DNA of 64,000 bases from Clostridia bacterium. GTDB taxonomy: Bacteria; Bacillota; Clostridia; UMGS1883. A program made the translations under genes and the position numbers. Positions 24,172-34,653 of this stretch are shown one piece after another. Position 1 is the stretch's first letter, and the number at the start of each line of letters is the position of its first letter. The notes beneath the pieces are model-generated. The model searched no databases. It was given only the letters and a program-made list of their open reading frames with translations, and had not been told where the DNA came from. The stretch lies in contig JAFSGW010000008.1 in NCBI GenBank assembly GCA_017440585.1, forward strand, positions 3,976-67,975, in the 5' to 3' direction.

Positions 24172-25503
24172 ATGAGAAAGCTTAGTATTTTACTTGCAAT
24201 TGCATTGCTTTTTTCTCTTCTGACGGGCTGTTGTCAGAGAGATGGAGGAGGAAATGTACAGGAGACTGTAAGGTTTTTGAATTTCAAACCTGAAAGTGCC
24301 TCGGTTTATGAAGAAATAGCCCGTGAGTACGAAAAAGAAACGGGAAAAAAGCTTATTGTGGAAACGGCGGCAGCCAATACTTACGAAAGCACACTTACTG
24401 CAAAAATGGCAACAAGGGAAGCACCTGCAATTTTCCAGATTAACGGCCCCCGTGGCTATGCCAACTGGAAGGCATATTGTAAGGATTTGTCCCAAAGCAG
24501 GATACGGGATATTGTTACAGAGGACAGCCTGCTTTTAAGAACAGATGAGGGCGTTTTCGGCATTCCCTACGTTGTGGAGGGCTACGGCATAATTTATAAC
24601 GATGAAATTATGCGTAAGTTTTTTGCTTTGCCTGACAAAAAAACTGATATTTCCTCAGCAGATGAAATTAATTCCTTCGACAAGCTCAAAGAGGTTGTGG
24701 AGGAAATGACCCAAAGGAAAAAGGATCTGGGCATAGAGGGGGTTTTTGCATCCACAAGCCTTAAGCCCGGTGAGGACTGGCGATGGCAGACACACCTTAT
24801 GAACATTCCCGTGCATTATGAATTTGAAAAGAATGATATTGACCTTGCAACAGACGAGGTTTCTGACTTTAACTTTGAATATGCCGAAAACTATAAAAAA
24901 ATATTTGACTTGTACCTTAATAATTCCGTTACAGAGCCTAAAATGCTCGGAGCAAAGATTGTGGGGGACTCCATGGCTGAATTTGCATTGGGAAAGTGTG
25001 CAATGGTGCAGAATGGCAACTGGGGCTACAGCCAGATAAAAGAGGTTGGCGGTAACAAGGTTAATGCAGAGGACGTTAAGATGATGCCCATTTACATGGG
25101 TATTGACGACGAAGACATGGGGCTTTGTATAGGCACGGAGGGTTACCTTGCCGTAAATAAAAAGATGGACGAAGCAACGCAAAAGGCGGCGGAGGATTTT
25201 CTTTACTGGCTGTTTTCATCGGAGACGGGCAAGAGGTATGTGACAGAAGGGCTTGGCTTTATAACACCCTTCAACACCTTCTCCGAGGAGGAAACTCCCG
25301 ATGACCCCCTTGCAAAAGAGGTTGTTTCCTGGATGAATAAGGAAGGCGTTGACACCGTGCCCTGGGATTTTACAATTTTCCCCTCCCAGATTTTTAAAAA
25401 CAACTTTGGCAGTAACCTTTTACAGTATGCCCAGGGCACCAAAAAGTGGGCTACAGTGAAGGATGAAACCGTTAAAGACTGGAAGAGCGAAAGCGGAAGG
25501 TAA
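24172..25503 (+). CDS. carbohydrate ABC transporter substrate-binding lipoprotein (family 1; probably maltodextrin/alpha-glucan given malQ in the operon)
   Basis: Lipobox LLTGCC and SBP_bac_1-like sequence. First gene of an operon with two permeases and malQ. Confidence 0.8.
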   Translation: MRKLSILLAIALLFSLLTGCCQRDGGGNVQETVRFLNFKPESASVYEEIAREYEKETGKKLIVETAAANTYESTLTAKMATREAPAIFQINGPRGYANWKAYCKDLSQSRIRDIVTEDSLLLRTDEGVFGIPYVVEGYGIIYNDEIMRKFFALPDKKTDISSADEINSFDKLKEVVEEMTQRKKDLGIEGVFASTSLKPGEDWRWQTHLMNIPVHYEFEKNDIDLATDEVSDFNFEYAENYKKIFDLYLNNSVTEPKMLGAKIVGDSMAEFALGKCAMVQNGNWGYSQIKEVGGNKVNAEDVKMMPIYMGIDDEDMGLCIGTEGYLAVNKKMDEATQKAAEDFLYWLFSSETGKRYVTEGLGFITPFNTFSEEETPDDPLAKEVVSWMNKEGVDTVPWDFTIFPSQIFKNNFGSNLLQYAQGTKKWATVKDETVKDWKSESGR

Positions 25504-25514
25504 GGGGTGATATT

Positions 25515-26348
25515 TTGAAAAAATATGCTCCTTTGTTTTTAATGCCGCTTACCCTGGCGTTTCTTGTGTTTTTCGTCCTTCCCTTTCTTGGTGGGCTTTT
25601 TCTGTCCTTTACGGAGTTTACCACCGTGGAGGATGCCTCCTTTGTGGGAATAGGAAACTACGTGAAAGCTTTCAGTACAGACAGCGGTTTTATAAATGCA
25701 CTGATTTTTACGGTTAAATTTACTGTTGTTTCGGTTATTTCGGTAAATGTGCTGGCGTTTTTGCTGGCACTTTTACTGACAAAACCACTAAAAGGCGTTA
25801 ACTTTTTCAGAACGGTGTTTTTTATGCCTAACCTCATAGGCGGTATTGTGCTTGGTTATATATGGAATGTTATAATAAACGGGGTGCTTTCCTACTTCGG
25901 GGTGGATATTACCTTCAGTGCGGATTACGGCTTCTGGGGGCTTGTTATTCTCATGAACTGGCAGATGATAGGCTACATGATGATTATTTATATAGCAGGG
26001 CTTCAGAGCGTTGACAGAGGGCTCATTGAGGCAGCTCACATTGACGGGGCAAGCCACATGAAGGCACTTTTCCATGTGACAATACCCTCCTTAATGCCTT
26101 CTGTTACAATATGCACCTTTTTAACCCTTACCAATTCCTTCAAGCTTTTTGACCAGAATTTAGCCCTGACGGGCGGTGCACCGGGCAGAGAAACAAGCAT
26201 GCTTGCCCTTGATATTTACGACACCTTTTACGGCAGGATAGGCTGGCAGGGGGTTGGGCAGGCAAAGGCTGTAGTATTTTTTGTGATTGTGGCAACAGTT
26301 GCCCTTCTGCAGCTTTATCTCACACGCTCGAAGGAGGTTGAGGTATAG
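25515..26348 (+). CDS. sugar ABC transporter permease (MalF-like)
   Basis: Six TM segments and EAA loop EAAHIDGASHMKALFHVTIP. TTG start after GGGGTG. Confidence 0.85.
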   Translation: MKKYAPLFLMPLTLAFLVFFVLPFLGGLFLSFTEFTTVEDASFVGIGNYVKAFSTDSGFINALIFTVKFTVVSVISVNVLAFLLALLLTKPLKGVNFFRTVFFMPNLIGGIVLGYIWNVIINGVLSYFGVDITFSADYGFWGLVILMNWQMIGYMMIIYIAGLQSVDRGLIEAAHIDGASHMKALFHVTIPSLMPSVTICTFLTLTNSFKLFDQNLALTGGAPGRETSMLALDIYDTFYGRIGWQGVGQAKAVVFFVIVATVALLQLYLTRSKEVEV

Positions 26349-27181
26349 TGAATAAGGTTACAAATAAGCCCTTGTGGTATATTCTTTTGTCCATTGCAGC
26401 TTTGTTTTTTCTTTTGCCCATAGGGATAATACTGATAAATTCCTTTAAAAGCAGGTTTATTATTATGTCGGAGCCCTTCAGTTTGCCAACAGGCGAGAGC
26501 TTTGTGGGGCTTACAAACTATTTGGCGGGCATTGAAGCCTCGGGTTTTTTCAAGGCTTTCGGCATAAGCCTTTTCGTGACGGCTGTGTCGGTTGCACTTA
26601 TTATTGTGTGCTCGGCAATGACCGCATGGTATATAACAAGGCGGAAAACCGCTTTTACAAAAATTTTGTATTTTGCCTTTGTTTTTTCCATGATAGTGCC
26701 TTTCCAGATGGTTATGTACACCTTAACCTATGTGGCTGTAAAAATTAATTTTGCAAACCCTTTAGGCATTGTTTTTATTTACCTCGGGTTTGGTGCAGGG
26801 CTGAGCGTGTTTATGTTTTCGGGCTTTATAAAGGGTATTCCCAGGGAAATTGAAGAGGCGGCAACCATTGACGGCTGTAACAGCCTGCAAACCTTCTTTT
26901 CTGTTGTATTTCCCATTTTAAAGCCCACCACGGTAACCGTTGCAATTTTAAACGCCATGTGGATATGGAACGACTATCTTCTGCCTTATCTCATTTTAGG
27001 TTCAAAGTACAAAACTATTCCCGTTGCGGTACAGCTTACCATGCAGGGGGCATATGGTTCTGTTGACTGGGGCGGCTTTATGGCAATGCTCACCTTGTCG
27101 GTTGTTCCCATAATTCTGTTGTATATTTTCCTTCAGAGGTATATAATAGAGGGTGTGTTGTCAGGTGCAGTAAAAGGCTGA
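26348..27181 (+). CDS. sugar ABC transporter permease (MalG-like)
   Basis: EAA loop EEAATIDGCNSLQTFFSVVFP. GTG start after AAGGAGG. Confidence 0.85.
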   Translation: MNKVTNKPLWYILLSIAALFFLLPIGIILINSFKSRFIIMSEPFSLPTGESFVGLTNYLAGIEASGFFKAFGISLFVTAVSVALIIVCSAMTAWYITRRKTAFTKILYFAFVFSMIVPFQMVMYTLTYVAVKINFANPLGIVFIYLGFGAGLSVFMFSGFIKGIPREIEEAATIDGCNSLQTFFSVVFPILKPTTVTVAILNAMWIWNDYLLPYLILGSKYKTIPVAVQLTMQGAYGSVDWGGFMAMLTLSVVPIILLYIFLQRYIIEGVLSGAVKG

Positions 27182-27272
27182 AACAATGAGCAATTAGTAA
27201 TGAGCAATTAGCAATTAAGGAATAAACTCCGCAAAGCGGAGTTTGATTTGAAGGCAGGAAGTGAAAAACAAA

Positions 27273-28739
27273 ATGCGGAAAAGCGGAATACTGATGCATA
27301 TATCCTCCCTTCCTTCGCCCTATGGTGTGGGCACAATGGGGGAGGAGGCGTACAATTTTATAGATTTTTTAGAAAATGCAGGGCAGAAGGCGTGGCAGGT
27401 TTTGCCCATTGGTCACACCTCCTACGGTGATTCGCCCTATCAGTCCTACTCCTCCTTTGCAGGCAACCCTTATTTTATTGATCTTGATATGCTTTATGGG
27501 GAGGGGTATCTGAAGAAAGAGGAAATTGAGGCTATTTCCCGGGAAATCGACTGTGAGAGGGTTGATTACGGCAGGCTTTTTAACGAGAGGTACCCTTTAT
27601 TGAAAAAGGCATGCAAGAGATTTCTTGAAATGCCCCCGGCTGAATTCTACACCTTTCTTGACGAAAACCGTGCATGGCTTGATGACTATGCCTCCTTTAT
27701 GGCAATTAAAGAAAAAATGGGCTTTAAGGGCAGGGAGGAATGGCCCTTGGAGCTGAGGGTCAAAGGGGATGCAGCACTGCTTTTTGCCGACGAGGATACG
27801 GTAAGGATATACAAGGCGATACAGTTTTTGTTTTTTAAGCAGTGGTTTGCACTAAAGGCATATGCAAACAAAAAAGGCATTGAAATAATAGGTGATTTGC
27901 CCATATACTGTGCATCGGACAGCAGTGATGTGTGGAGCGAGGGACGGGCATTTTTGCTGGATGAGGGGCATGCACCTTTCCTTGTGGCAGGTGTGCCCCC
28001 CGACGGCTTTTCACCCTTAGGGCAAAGATGGGGAAACCCCATTTACGACTGGGACTGGATGGAAAGGACAAAATTTGCCTGGTGGGTCGAAAGGCTCCGT
28101 TTTTCCCTTGCAATTTTTGACAGAGTGCGGATTGACCATTTCCGTGGCTTTGACAGCTATTTTGCAATAGATGCCAGAGAGGAGACGGCTGTTAACGGAA
28201 AATGGATTGACGGGCCGGGAATGAAGCTTTTTAAAGCTTTTGAAAGAGAACTGGGCGAGGAATTACCCATTATTGCCGAGGATCTGGGCTACCTTACAGA
28301 CAGCGTGAAAAGGCTTCTTAACGAAACGGGCTACCCGGGCATGAAAATTTTGCAGTTTGCCTTTGATGAGAGAGAATCGGGAGATTATCTGCCTCATAAC
28401 TACACAACGAACAGTGTTTGCTATGTGGGCACTCACGATAACGACACTGCATTGGGCTGGTATGCTGTAGTTGACGAAAGGGACCGTAAAAAGGCAACGG
28501 AATATTTTAACCTCAATGAGGAAGAGGGCATTTCAAAGGGTTTGATACGCGGGGCAATGAGCTCTGTTTCGGATTTGTGTGTTATATGCATGCAGGACGT
28601 GTTAGACCTTGGAAGTGAGGCAAGGATGAATACCCCTTCTACAGACTCAGGTAACTGGCAATGGAGAGCAAAAAGGGAAGACATTAATGCAGAAATTGCA
28701 AAAGAAATGCAGAAAATGACAAATTTGTACGGAAGATAG
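27273..28739 (+). CDS. malQ: 4-alpha-glucanotransferase (amylomaltase, GH77)
   Basis: MRKSGILMHISSLPSPYGVGTMGEEAYNFIDFL...WQVLPIGHTSYGDSPY is a canonical MalQ N-terminus. Start chosen at ATG 27273. Confidence 0.9.
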   Translation: MRKSGILMHISSLPSPYGVGTMGEEAYNFIDFLENAGQKAWQVLPIGHTSYGDSPYQSYSSFAGNPYFIDLDMLYGEGYLKKEEIEAISREIDCERVDYGRLFNERYPLLKKACKRFLEMPPAEFYTFLDENRAWLDDYASFMAIKEKMGFKGREEWPLELRVKGDAALLFADEDTVRIYKAIQFLFFKQWFALKAYANKKGIEIIGDLPIYCASDSSDVWSEGRAFLLDEGHAPFLVAGVPPDGFSPLGQRWGNPIYDWDWMERTKFAWWVERLRFSLAIFDRVRIDHFRGFDSYFAIDAREETAVNGKWIDGPGMKLFKAFERELGEELPIIAEDLGYLTDSVKRLLNETGYPGMKILQFAFDERESGDYLPHNYTTNSVCYVGTHDNDTALGWYAVVDERDRKKATEYFNLNEEEGISKGLIRGAMSSVSDLCVICMQDVLDLGSEARMNTPSTDSGNWQWRAKREDINAEIAKEMQKMTNLYGR

Positions 28740-28743
28740 AAAA

Positions 28744-28768
28744 AGACGGCATTTGCCGTCTTTTTTTA
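28744..28768. terminator. bidirectional terminator between malQ and recG
   Basis: AGACGGCATTTGCCGTCT flanked by A-runs and T-runs. Confidence 0.8.
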
Positions 28769-30808
28769 AACCATATATTCGTCTATGTGTGAATAAATGC
28801 TTTCTGCTCTTTTCTTTAAAAGGGCGTTTTCCTCATCTTTGAGTGTGGGGTCACGCTCCAAAAGGGCTGTGACCGCATCGGAAGATTTTTTCAGGGTTTC
28901 CATATCAAGTAATGAGGAAATTTTCAATGGAGGAAGACCGTGCTGACGTGTGCCGAAAAATTCACCGGGACCACGAAGCTGCAGGTCTGTTTGTGAAATA
29001 ACAAAGCCGTCGTTTGTTTTTGTCATGATGCCCATACGTTTTTTTATGTCCTCGTCCATAGCGGAGGGGAGGAGGATGCAATAGCTCTTATCCTTGCCGC
29101 GTCCTACTCTGCCTCGGAGCTGATGAAGCTGGCTAAGACCGAAACGCTCGGCATTTTCAATAATCATAAGAGTTGCCTCCGGCACATTTACGCCAACCTC
29201 GATAACTGTGGTGGAAACTAAAATGTCGGTATCGCCGAAGGCGAAGTCATTCATAACGGCATCCTTTTCGCTATCCTTCATTTTGCCGTGAACAAGACCC
29301 ACCTTAAGGTCGGGGAAAATGTTATTGGCAAGGTTATCACGGTAGGAGGTGGCACTCTTTAAGTCGAGCTCGTCATTTTCGTCAACCATGGGGCATACTA
29401 TGTAAACCTTATGGTTTTCGGAAACCTCTTTTCGGATGAAGTTATACATTCTTTCGCGGATATTTTCACCTATACAGAAGGTGTCCACCTTCTGACGTCC
29501 GGGAGGAAGAGTGTCGATAACGCTGATGTCTAAATCACCGTAGATAATGAGGGCAAGTGTACGGGGAATGGGGGTTGCGGTCATGACAAGTACATGGGGG
29601 TTCATGCCCTTGGAAACAAGTGCACCACGCTGACGTACGCCGAAGCGGTGCTGTTCGTCGGTTACAACAAGACGAAGGCTTTGAAAGGTGACATTGTCCT
29701 GGAAAAGGGCGTGAGTGCCGATAACAAGATCAATTTCACCGTTGGAAAGTGCTTCGTAAACTGCCGTTTTTTCCTTTTTGGTCATACTGCCGATTAAAAG
29801 AGCTGTTCTGTAGCCTAAGGATTCAAGCATGGGGGCAAGGTCCTCATAGTGCTGACGGGCAAGTATGCTTGTAGGTGCCATGAAAGCTGCCTGAAAGCCG
29901 TTTTTAACGGTGAGGTATATGGCAATGAGGGCAACGGCTGTTTTACCTGAGCCTACGTCACCCTGAACAAGGCGGTTCATGGGTGTGCCTGATGTGATGT
30001 CTGTTATGATTTCACCTACAACACGGTTCTGTGCACCTGTAAGGGTGAAGGGGAGCTTTTTTGTTATTTCCTCAAGGTCTGTATTTTCATAGGGCATTAC
30101 AGTTGCCTTATTTGCACTTGATTTGTGGATTTTGAGCGCAAGCTGAAGAAGGAAAAGCTCCTCAAAGGCGAGGCGGTTACGTGCAGACTCATACGCATCG
30201 TAGTCGGTTGGGAAGTGAATGTTCCTTACTGCATAGTCCGCCCGACAGAGGTTATAGTGCTCAATTATTGATTTTGGCATAAAGTCCTCAATAGAGTCCC
30301 CTGCTTCCTCAATGCACTTTTTGATGGTGGCAACCATAACCTTTTGTGTGATTTGTGCCCCCGTGCGATAGATGGGCACAATGTTATTTGTTACGTTGTT
30401 TACCCCGTAAGCCTCATAAATGGGGGTTATAATTTGCTTTTTGCCGAATTTGTGCTCGATTTTGCCGTAGAAATTGTAATATGAGCCAACACGGAAGTTG
30501 TTCATTACATAGGGGTTATTATAGAAAACTGCTGTTATGACCCCCGTGTCGTCCCGAAGGGGGACGGAATAGACCGAAAAGCCCTTGCGGATACGCTTAA
30601 CTGAAGGAGAAGCGCCCACTATGGCGGTTATGCAAGTAGTTTCACCGTCAACTAAGTCGGTTACTTTTTTTGTTATACGTCTGTCCTCGACGGAGGTGGG
30701 GAAGTAGTAGAGCATGTCACGGACGGTTTCAACGCCTAAAGCGGCAAGCTTTTCCGCTCTTTGTGTGCCGATGCCCTTAATTGATGAAATGCGGTCATAT
30801 AGTGCCAT
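28766..30808 (-). CDS. recG: ATP-dependent DNA helicase RecG
   Basis: N-terminal wedge, DEAD/DEAH box (VVTDEQHRFG) and helicase C domains. Start at the internal ATG 30808 with RBS AAAGGAGG. Confidence 0.9.
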   Translation of the reverse strand: MALYDRISSIKGIGTQRAEKLAALGVETVRDMLYYFPTSVEDRRITKKVTDLVDGETTCITAIVGASPSVKRIRKGFSVYSVPLRDDTGVITAVFYNNPYVMNNFRVGSYYNFYGKIEHKFGKKQIITPIYEAYGVNNVTNNIVPIYRTGAQITQKVMVATIKKCIEEAGDSIEDFMPKSIIEHYNLCRADYAVRNIHFPTDYDAYESARNRLAFEELFLLQLALKIHKSSANKATVMPYENTDLEEITKKLPFTLTGAQNRVVGEIITDITSGTPMNRLVQGDVGSGKTAVALIAIYLTVKNGFQAAFMAPTSILARQHYEDLAPMLESLGYRTALLIGSMTKKEKTAVYEALSNGEIDLVIGTHALFQDNVTFQSLRLVVTDEQHRFGVRQRGALVSKGMNPHVLVMTATPIPRTLALIIYGDLDISVIDTLPPGRQKVDTFCIGENIRERMYNFIRKEVSENHKVYIVCPMVDENDELDLKSATSYRDNLANNIFPDLKVGLVHGKMKDSEKDAVMNDFAFGDTDILVSTTVIEVGVNVPEATLMIIENAERFGLSQLHQLRGRVGRGKDKSYCILLPSAMDEDIKKRMGIMTKTNDGFVISQTDLQLRGPGEFFGTRQHGLPPLKISSLLDMETLKKSSDAVTALLERDPTLKDEENALLKKRAESIYSHIDEYMV

Positions 30809-30942
30809 AGGTGAGCCTCCTTTCTGTAAAATGAAGAATACCACAAAAGTAAACCGAAACCCAAAGGGTGGTCAGAAGCTGCCATAGGGTGGTCAGAATC
30901 TGATATGAAAAAAGGGAAACCTGAGTTTCCCTTTTATTAATT

Positions 30943-32568
30943 TTATTCTACTGCGAGGAAGAAGTAGTATACAGGCTGACCGCCGCATCTTACGTATACG
31001 TCACAGTCGGGATACTTTTCTTCAAGAGATTCGCAAAGGGCATTTGCATCCTCTTCGGAAACATCTTCGCCGTAGTAAATTGTGATGATTTCACTGTCTT
31101 CATCAACCATTTCATCGATAAGAGCTGTAAAGGTTTCGCCTAAATCAGGGTTAACGAGGGCGATTTTGCCTTCACGCATACCGAGATAGTCACCCTCGTG
31201 GATTTCCTTATCGTCGATGGATGTATTTCTTACAGCGTGAGTGATGCTGCCGCTCTTAACTAAAGTGATAGCTTCGTTCATTGCTTCAACGTTGTCCTCA
31301 AGAGTGCCCTCGGGAAGGAAGCTTGTCATAGCTGTGATGCCCTGGGGAATTGTCTTTGTGGGGATAACTGCCACATTAACCTCTGCAAGCTCAACTGCCT
31401 GCTCTGCTGCAAGAATAATATTCTTATTGTTGGGAAGAACGATAACGTTCTTTGCATTAACCTCTTCAACAGCGGCCAAAATATCGTCTGTGGAGGGGTT
31501 CATTGTCTGTCCGCCACGGATAACGTAGGAAACGCCAAGCTCAGTAAACACTTCGGCAATGCCTTCGCCTGCGGAAACAGAGATCACTGCAAGCTCCTTC
31601 ATGGGACCCTTTGCCTTGGGAGCGGGCTCAGCCTCTGCAATTATGTTGGAGTGCTGATAACGCATGTTATCGATCTTGATATTGATGAGCTGACCAAGCT
31701 TTACTGCCTGCTCAAGCACAAAGCCGGGGTTGTTTGTGTGGATGTGAACCTTAACGATTTCGCCCTCTTCAATAACAAGGAGACAGTCGCCTGTGGGTGC
31801 AATCTTTGCACGGAAAGCTTCTGCTGTGTCCTTTTCATTGTACTTTTCAATAATAAATTCAGTACAGTAGCCAAATTCAATATCATCGGGGTCAATTGCC
31901 TGCTGTGCAGCAGATGCGGTCTGTGCTGTAGCGGGAGCATCGGAGAGAGTAACGCTCTTTCCGTCGAGAGCTGCCTGCATACCTTCAAAAATGAAGAGGA
32001 GACCCTTACCGCCTGCGTCAACAACACCTGCCTGCTTAAGCTGAGGAAGCATTTCAGGTGTCTGGTCTAAAGCGTAGTTACCCTCTGCCATAAATGCAGT
32101 GAACAATGCATCGATGCTTTCTGCCTCTGCATTTTCAACTGCGGCTTTTGCCATGAAGCGGATAACTGTAAGAATTGTACCCTCTGTGGGCTTCATTACT
32201 GCACTGTAGGCAGTGTCACAGCCCTTCTGGATTGCATGGGCAAGGTCGGAGACGGAAATCTCGTCCTTACCTGCCATGCCGAGGGAGAGACCACGGAAAA
32301 TCTGGGAAAGGATAACACCGGAGTTACCTCTTGCACCACGGAGAGTAGCCTTTGCAACAGCAGCGGCTACATCAGAGGCAGAGGAAAATTCCTTCGTGGA
32401 AATGTCCTTTGCGGCAGATGTAAATGTGAGAGCCATGTTCGTACCTGTGTCACCATCGGGAACGGGGAACACGTTGAGTGAGTCAACATAAGCTTTGTTT
32501 TCGTTTAACTTATTTGCGGCGGAAAGAATCATATTTTTCAAAAGAGCCGCATTAATAGCCTTTGTCAT
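30943..32568 (-). CDS. DAK2 domain fusion protein (YloV family)
   Basis: PDGDTGTNMALT DAK2 motif and a C-terminal DegV/YloV-type domain, in the conserved asp23-yloV-recG arrangement. Confidence 0.8.
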   Translation of the reverse strand: MTKAINAALLKNMILSAANKLNENKAYVDSLNVFPVPDGDTGTNMALTFTSAAKDISTKEFSSASDVAAAVAKATLRGARGNSGVILSQIFRGLSLGMAGKDEISVSDLAHAIQKGCDTAYSAVMKPTEGTILTVIRFMAKAAVENAEAESIDALFTAFMAEGNYALDQTPEMLPQLKQAGVVDAGGKGLLFIFEGMQAALDGKSVTLSDAPATAQTASAAQQAIDPDDIEFGYCTEFIIEKYNEKDTAEAFRAKIAPTGDCLLVIEEGEIVKVHIHTNNPGFVLEQAVKLGQLINIKIDNMRYQHSNIIAEAEPAPKAKGPMKELAVISVSAGEGIAEVFTELGVSYVIRGGQTMNPSTDDILAAVEEVNAKNVIVLPNNKNIILAAEQAVELAEVNVAVIPTKTIPQGITAMTSFLPEGTLEDNVEAMNEAITLVKSGSITHAVRNTSIDDKEIHEGDYLGMREGKIALVNPDLGETFTALIDEMVDEDSEIITIYYGEDVSEEDANALCESLEEKYPDCDVYVRCGGQPVYYFFLAVE

Positions 32569-32588
32569 AACTGATTACTCCCCCTAAC

Positions 32589-32945
32589 TTAGTCGTCAAC
32601 ACGCATGCCTTCAACATGAACGTTAACTGCCTTAACTTCAAAACCTGTCATGGATGCAACCTGGTAGCTTACATTGTGCATAATGCTTTCGCAAATAGCG
32701 GAAATGTTAACACCGTACTGCACCATAATGTGCATATCAATAATAATGGCATCGTTTTCAACTTCAACCCTGATGCCCTTGGAAAGGCTTCCTGCCTTAA
32801 GAAGACTTACAATACCATCCTTTGTGTTTCTGACAGCCATACCAACCACGCCGTAGCAATTGTTGGCAACAGCACCTGCGATGTTTGCGATAACGCTGTT
32901 ACTGATAACGATTTCACCGAAATTATTTTCAATTTTAGCAGCCAT
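32589..32945 (-). CDS. Asp23/Gls24 family alkaline-shock protein
   Basis: Asp23-family hydrophobic core (VISNSVIANIAGAVA...GVVGM). Start at the internal ATG with RBS GGAGGTG. Confidence 0.8.
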   Translation of the reverse strand: MAAKIENNFGEIVISNSVIANIAGAVANNCYGVVGMAVRNTKDGIVSLLKAGSLSKGIRVEVENDAIIIDMHIMVQYGVNISAICESIMHNVSYQVASMTGFEVKAVNVHVEGMRVDD

Positions 32946-32976
32946 TGTGCCACCTCCAGTTTCATAGTTAATATTA

Positions 32977-34653
32977 TTATACATCATTTTGGGGGCTGAT
33001 GTCAACCCAATTGCATTTTAATTGGCTGAAGAGTTCGTTATGACGGTTGGTGAAAATAATAATCTGCCTATCCTTTGAAAGGGAAAAAAGCAGGTTTATA
33101 AGGGCTTTTTCACGATAATCGTCACTGCCTGCGAAGGGATCGTCGATTATTAAGGGAAAATCTTTTCCAAATAAAAATTCTGCCCAGGCGATACGGAAGC
33201 AAAGGTATAATTCCTCACGGAAGCCGAAGGACTGGGAGGAGAGGGGGTGGTGCACACCGTCGGTGACGGTGATGGTCATGTCCTTTGAAAGGGTAGCGAC
33301 ACGACCCTCCTTTGGTGCAATTGAATTTAAAAGCTCCATGGCACGCTCCGTTACCTTGGGGGTGAAGTCGGTTGCAATTATTTCCTTTGCGTAATTTATG
33401 CCGTCGAGCGCCAGGCGTACAGCCTCAAGCTTGTCTGAAAGCTCACGGTGCAGACCTCTGTAATATAAAAGGTCGCTTTTTATAAGGCTTAACTCACGGG
33501 TGGAGGGGGGCATTGCCCTCTTTAAGTCATCAGCCTCATTTTTTAAGGCGAGTATTTTCCTATATAATAGCTCCAATTCTCCCGACTGACCGCCTGAGGA
33601 AACAAGGTCAGACTTTTTCTTTAAAAGAGAGGTGTAGTAAGAGTCTGCCTCTGCTTTGTCGGAAAGCATTTTTTCATACTCCTCATAATTGAGACAATTA
33701 AGGGAGGCAAAAAAGCTTGCAAGATGCTTTCTGTAACGTGAAATTTTGCCTGCATAAAGGGATAAATACAGCAAAATGGGCAAAAGTGAGGACAAAGATA
33801 TTTCCCACCGGGTGAAAAAGCCTGCAATAAAACATACAGACGAGCATAGTATATAAAAAACAATGCTTTTATTTAAAAAGCAGGGCTTTTCGGGAAGGGG
33901 AGCTATCTTCGGGAAGGAATTTATATATTCCTCCTGAGCCTTTATTTCACGGTCAATTTTATAAAGCTCCTCATCATGAGAGGTTTTTGCCTTGTTCTCC
34001 GCATTTTTTGCCTGCTCCTCATATTCTGCCATAAGCTTTTCCTTTGCACTGATTGCTGAAGCTACGGTTTCCGATTGCCGTGAAAGAGAGAGGGCTGTGG
34101 CATATTCGTTTTCCAGAAGAGAAATTTTATTCTCATATTCCTTAAGCTTTCCCCCCGTATTAAGGCTTCGGCGGAGCTTTTCAAGGTTTTTCAGTGCACT
34201 TTGTGCACCGATGGACTCGTCACCTGAGGTGAGAAGGTTGGAAATTAATGCCTCCAGATGGTCTGTTGTGCCAAATGCACCCATACTGCCTTCGGGAGAA
34301 TATACGCTTTTACGGAAAGAGTCACGGTCAGAGGGGATTAAGCCCTTTAAGGAAAAGCCTTTTGGCTCAAGCTCGTCGCCCTTTGGCTGTGTGCCGAATT
34401 TTCGGTAGAAGGTTTCCACTTTTCCATTAGCCTCAATTGTCATTTCGCCTGCAGCGGTGGAATTATCCCAGGGAAGGTACTTTGAGCGGTCACTTCGGGG
34501 CGGAAATGAGTACAACATTGCCTCAATGAAGGCGGAAAGGGTTGTTTTGCCGCTTTCATTCCTGCCGTATATTACGTTAAGATTGTCCGAAAATGTGATT
34601 TTCAAGTTTTTAAGCTTCCCGAAGGAGATAAGGTTAAGATTTTTTATAATCAT
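32977..34653 (-). CDS. SbcC/Rad50-like AAA ATPase, short (558 aa), with a central predicted membrane hairpin
   Basis: N-terminal Walker A GRNESGKTT and C-terminal signature/Walker B region (LIIDDPFAGSDD). Two hydrophobic helices (SIVFYILCSSVCFIAGFF, LSSLLPILLYLSLYAG) sit where the coiled coil/zinc hook normally lies. ATGA overlap with the upstream phosphoesterase gene. Confidence 0.7.
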   Translation of the reverse strand: MIIKNLNLISFGKLKNLKITFSDNLNVIYGRNESGKTTLSAFIEAMLYSFPPRSDRSKYLPWDNSTAAGEMTIEANGKVETFYRKFGTQPKGDELEPKGFSLKGLIPSDRDSFRKSVYSPEGSMGAFGTTDHLEALISNLLTSGDESIGAQSALKNLEKLRRSLNTGGKLKEYENKISLLENEYATALSLSRQSETVASAISAKEKLMAEYEEQAKNAENKAKTSHDEELYKIDREIKAQEEYINSFPKIAPLPEKPCFLNKSIVFYILCSSVCFIAGFFTRWEISLSSLLPILLYLSLYAGKISRYRKHLASFFASLNCLNYEEYEKMLSDKAEADSYYTSLLKKKSDLVSSGGQSGELELLYRKILALKNEADDLKRAMPPSTRELSLIKSDLLYYRGLHRELSDKLEAVRLALDGINYAKEIIATDFTPKVTERAMELLNSIAPKEGRVATLSKDMTITVTDGVHHPLSSQSFGFREELYLCFRIAWAEFLFGKDFPLIIDDPFAGSDDYREKALINLLFSLSKDRQIIIFTNRHNELFSQLKCNWVDISPQNDV

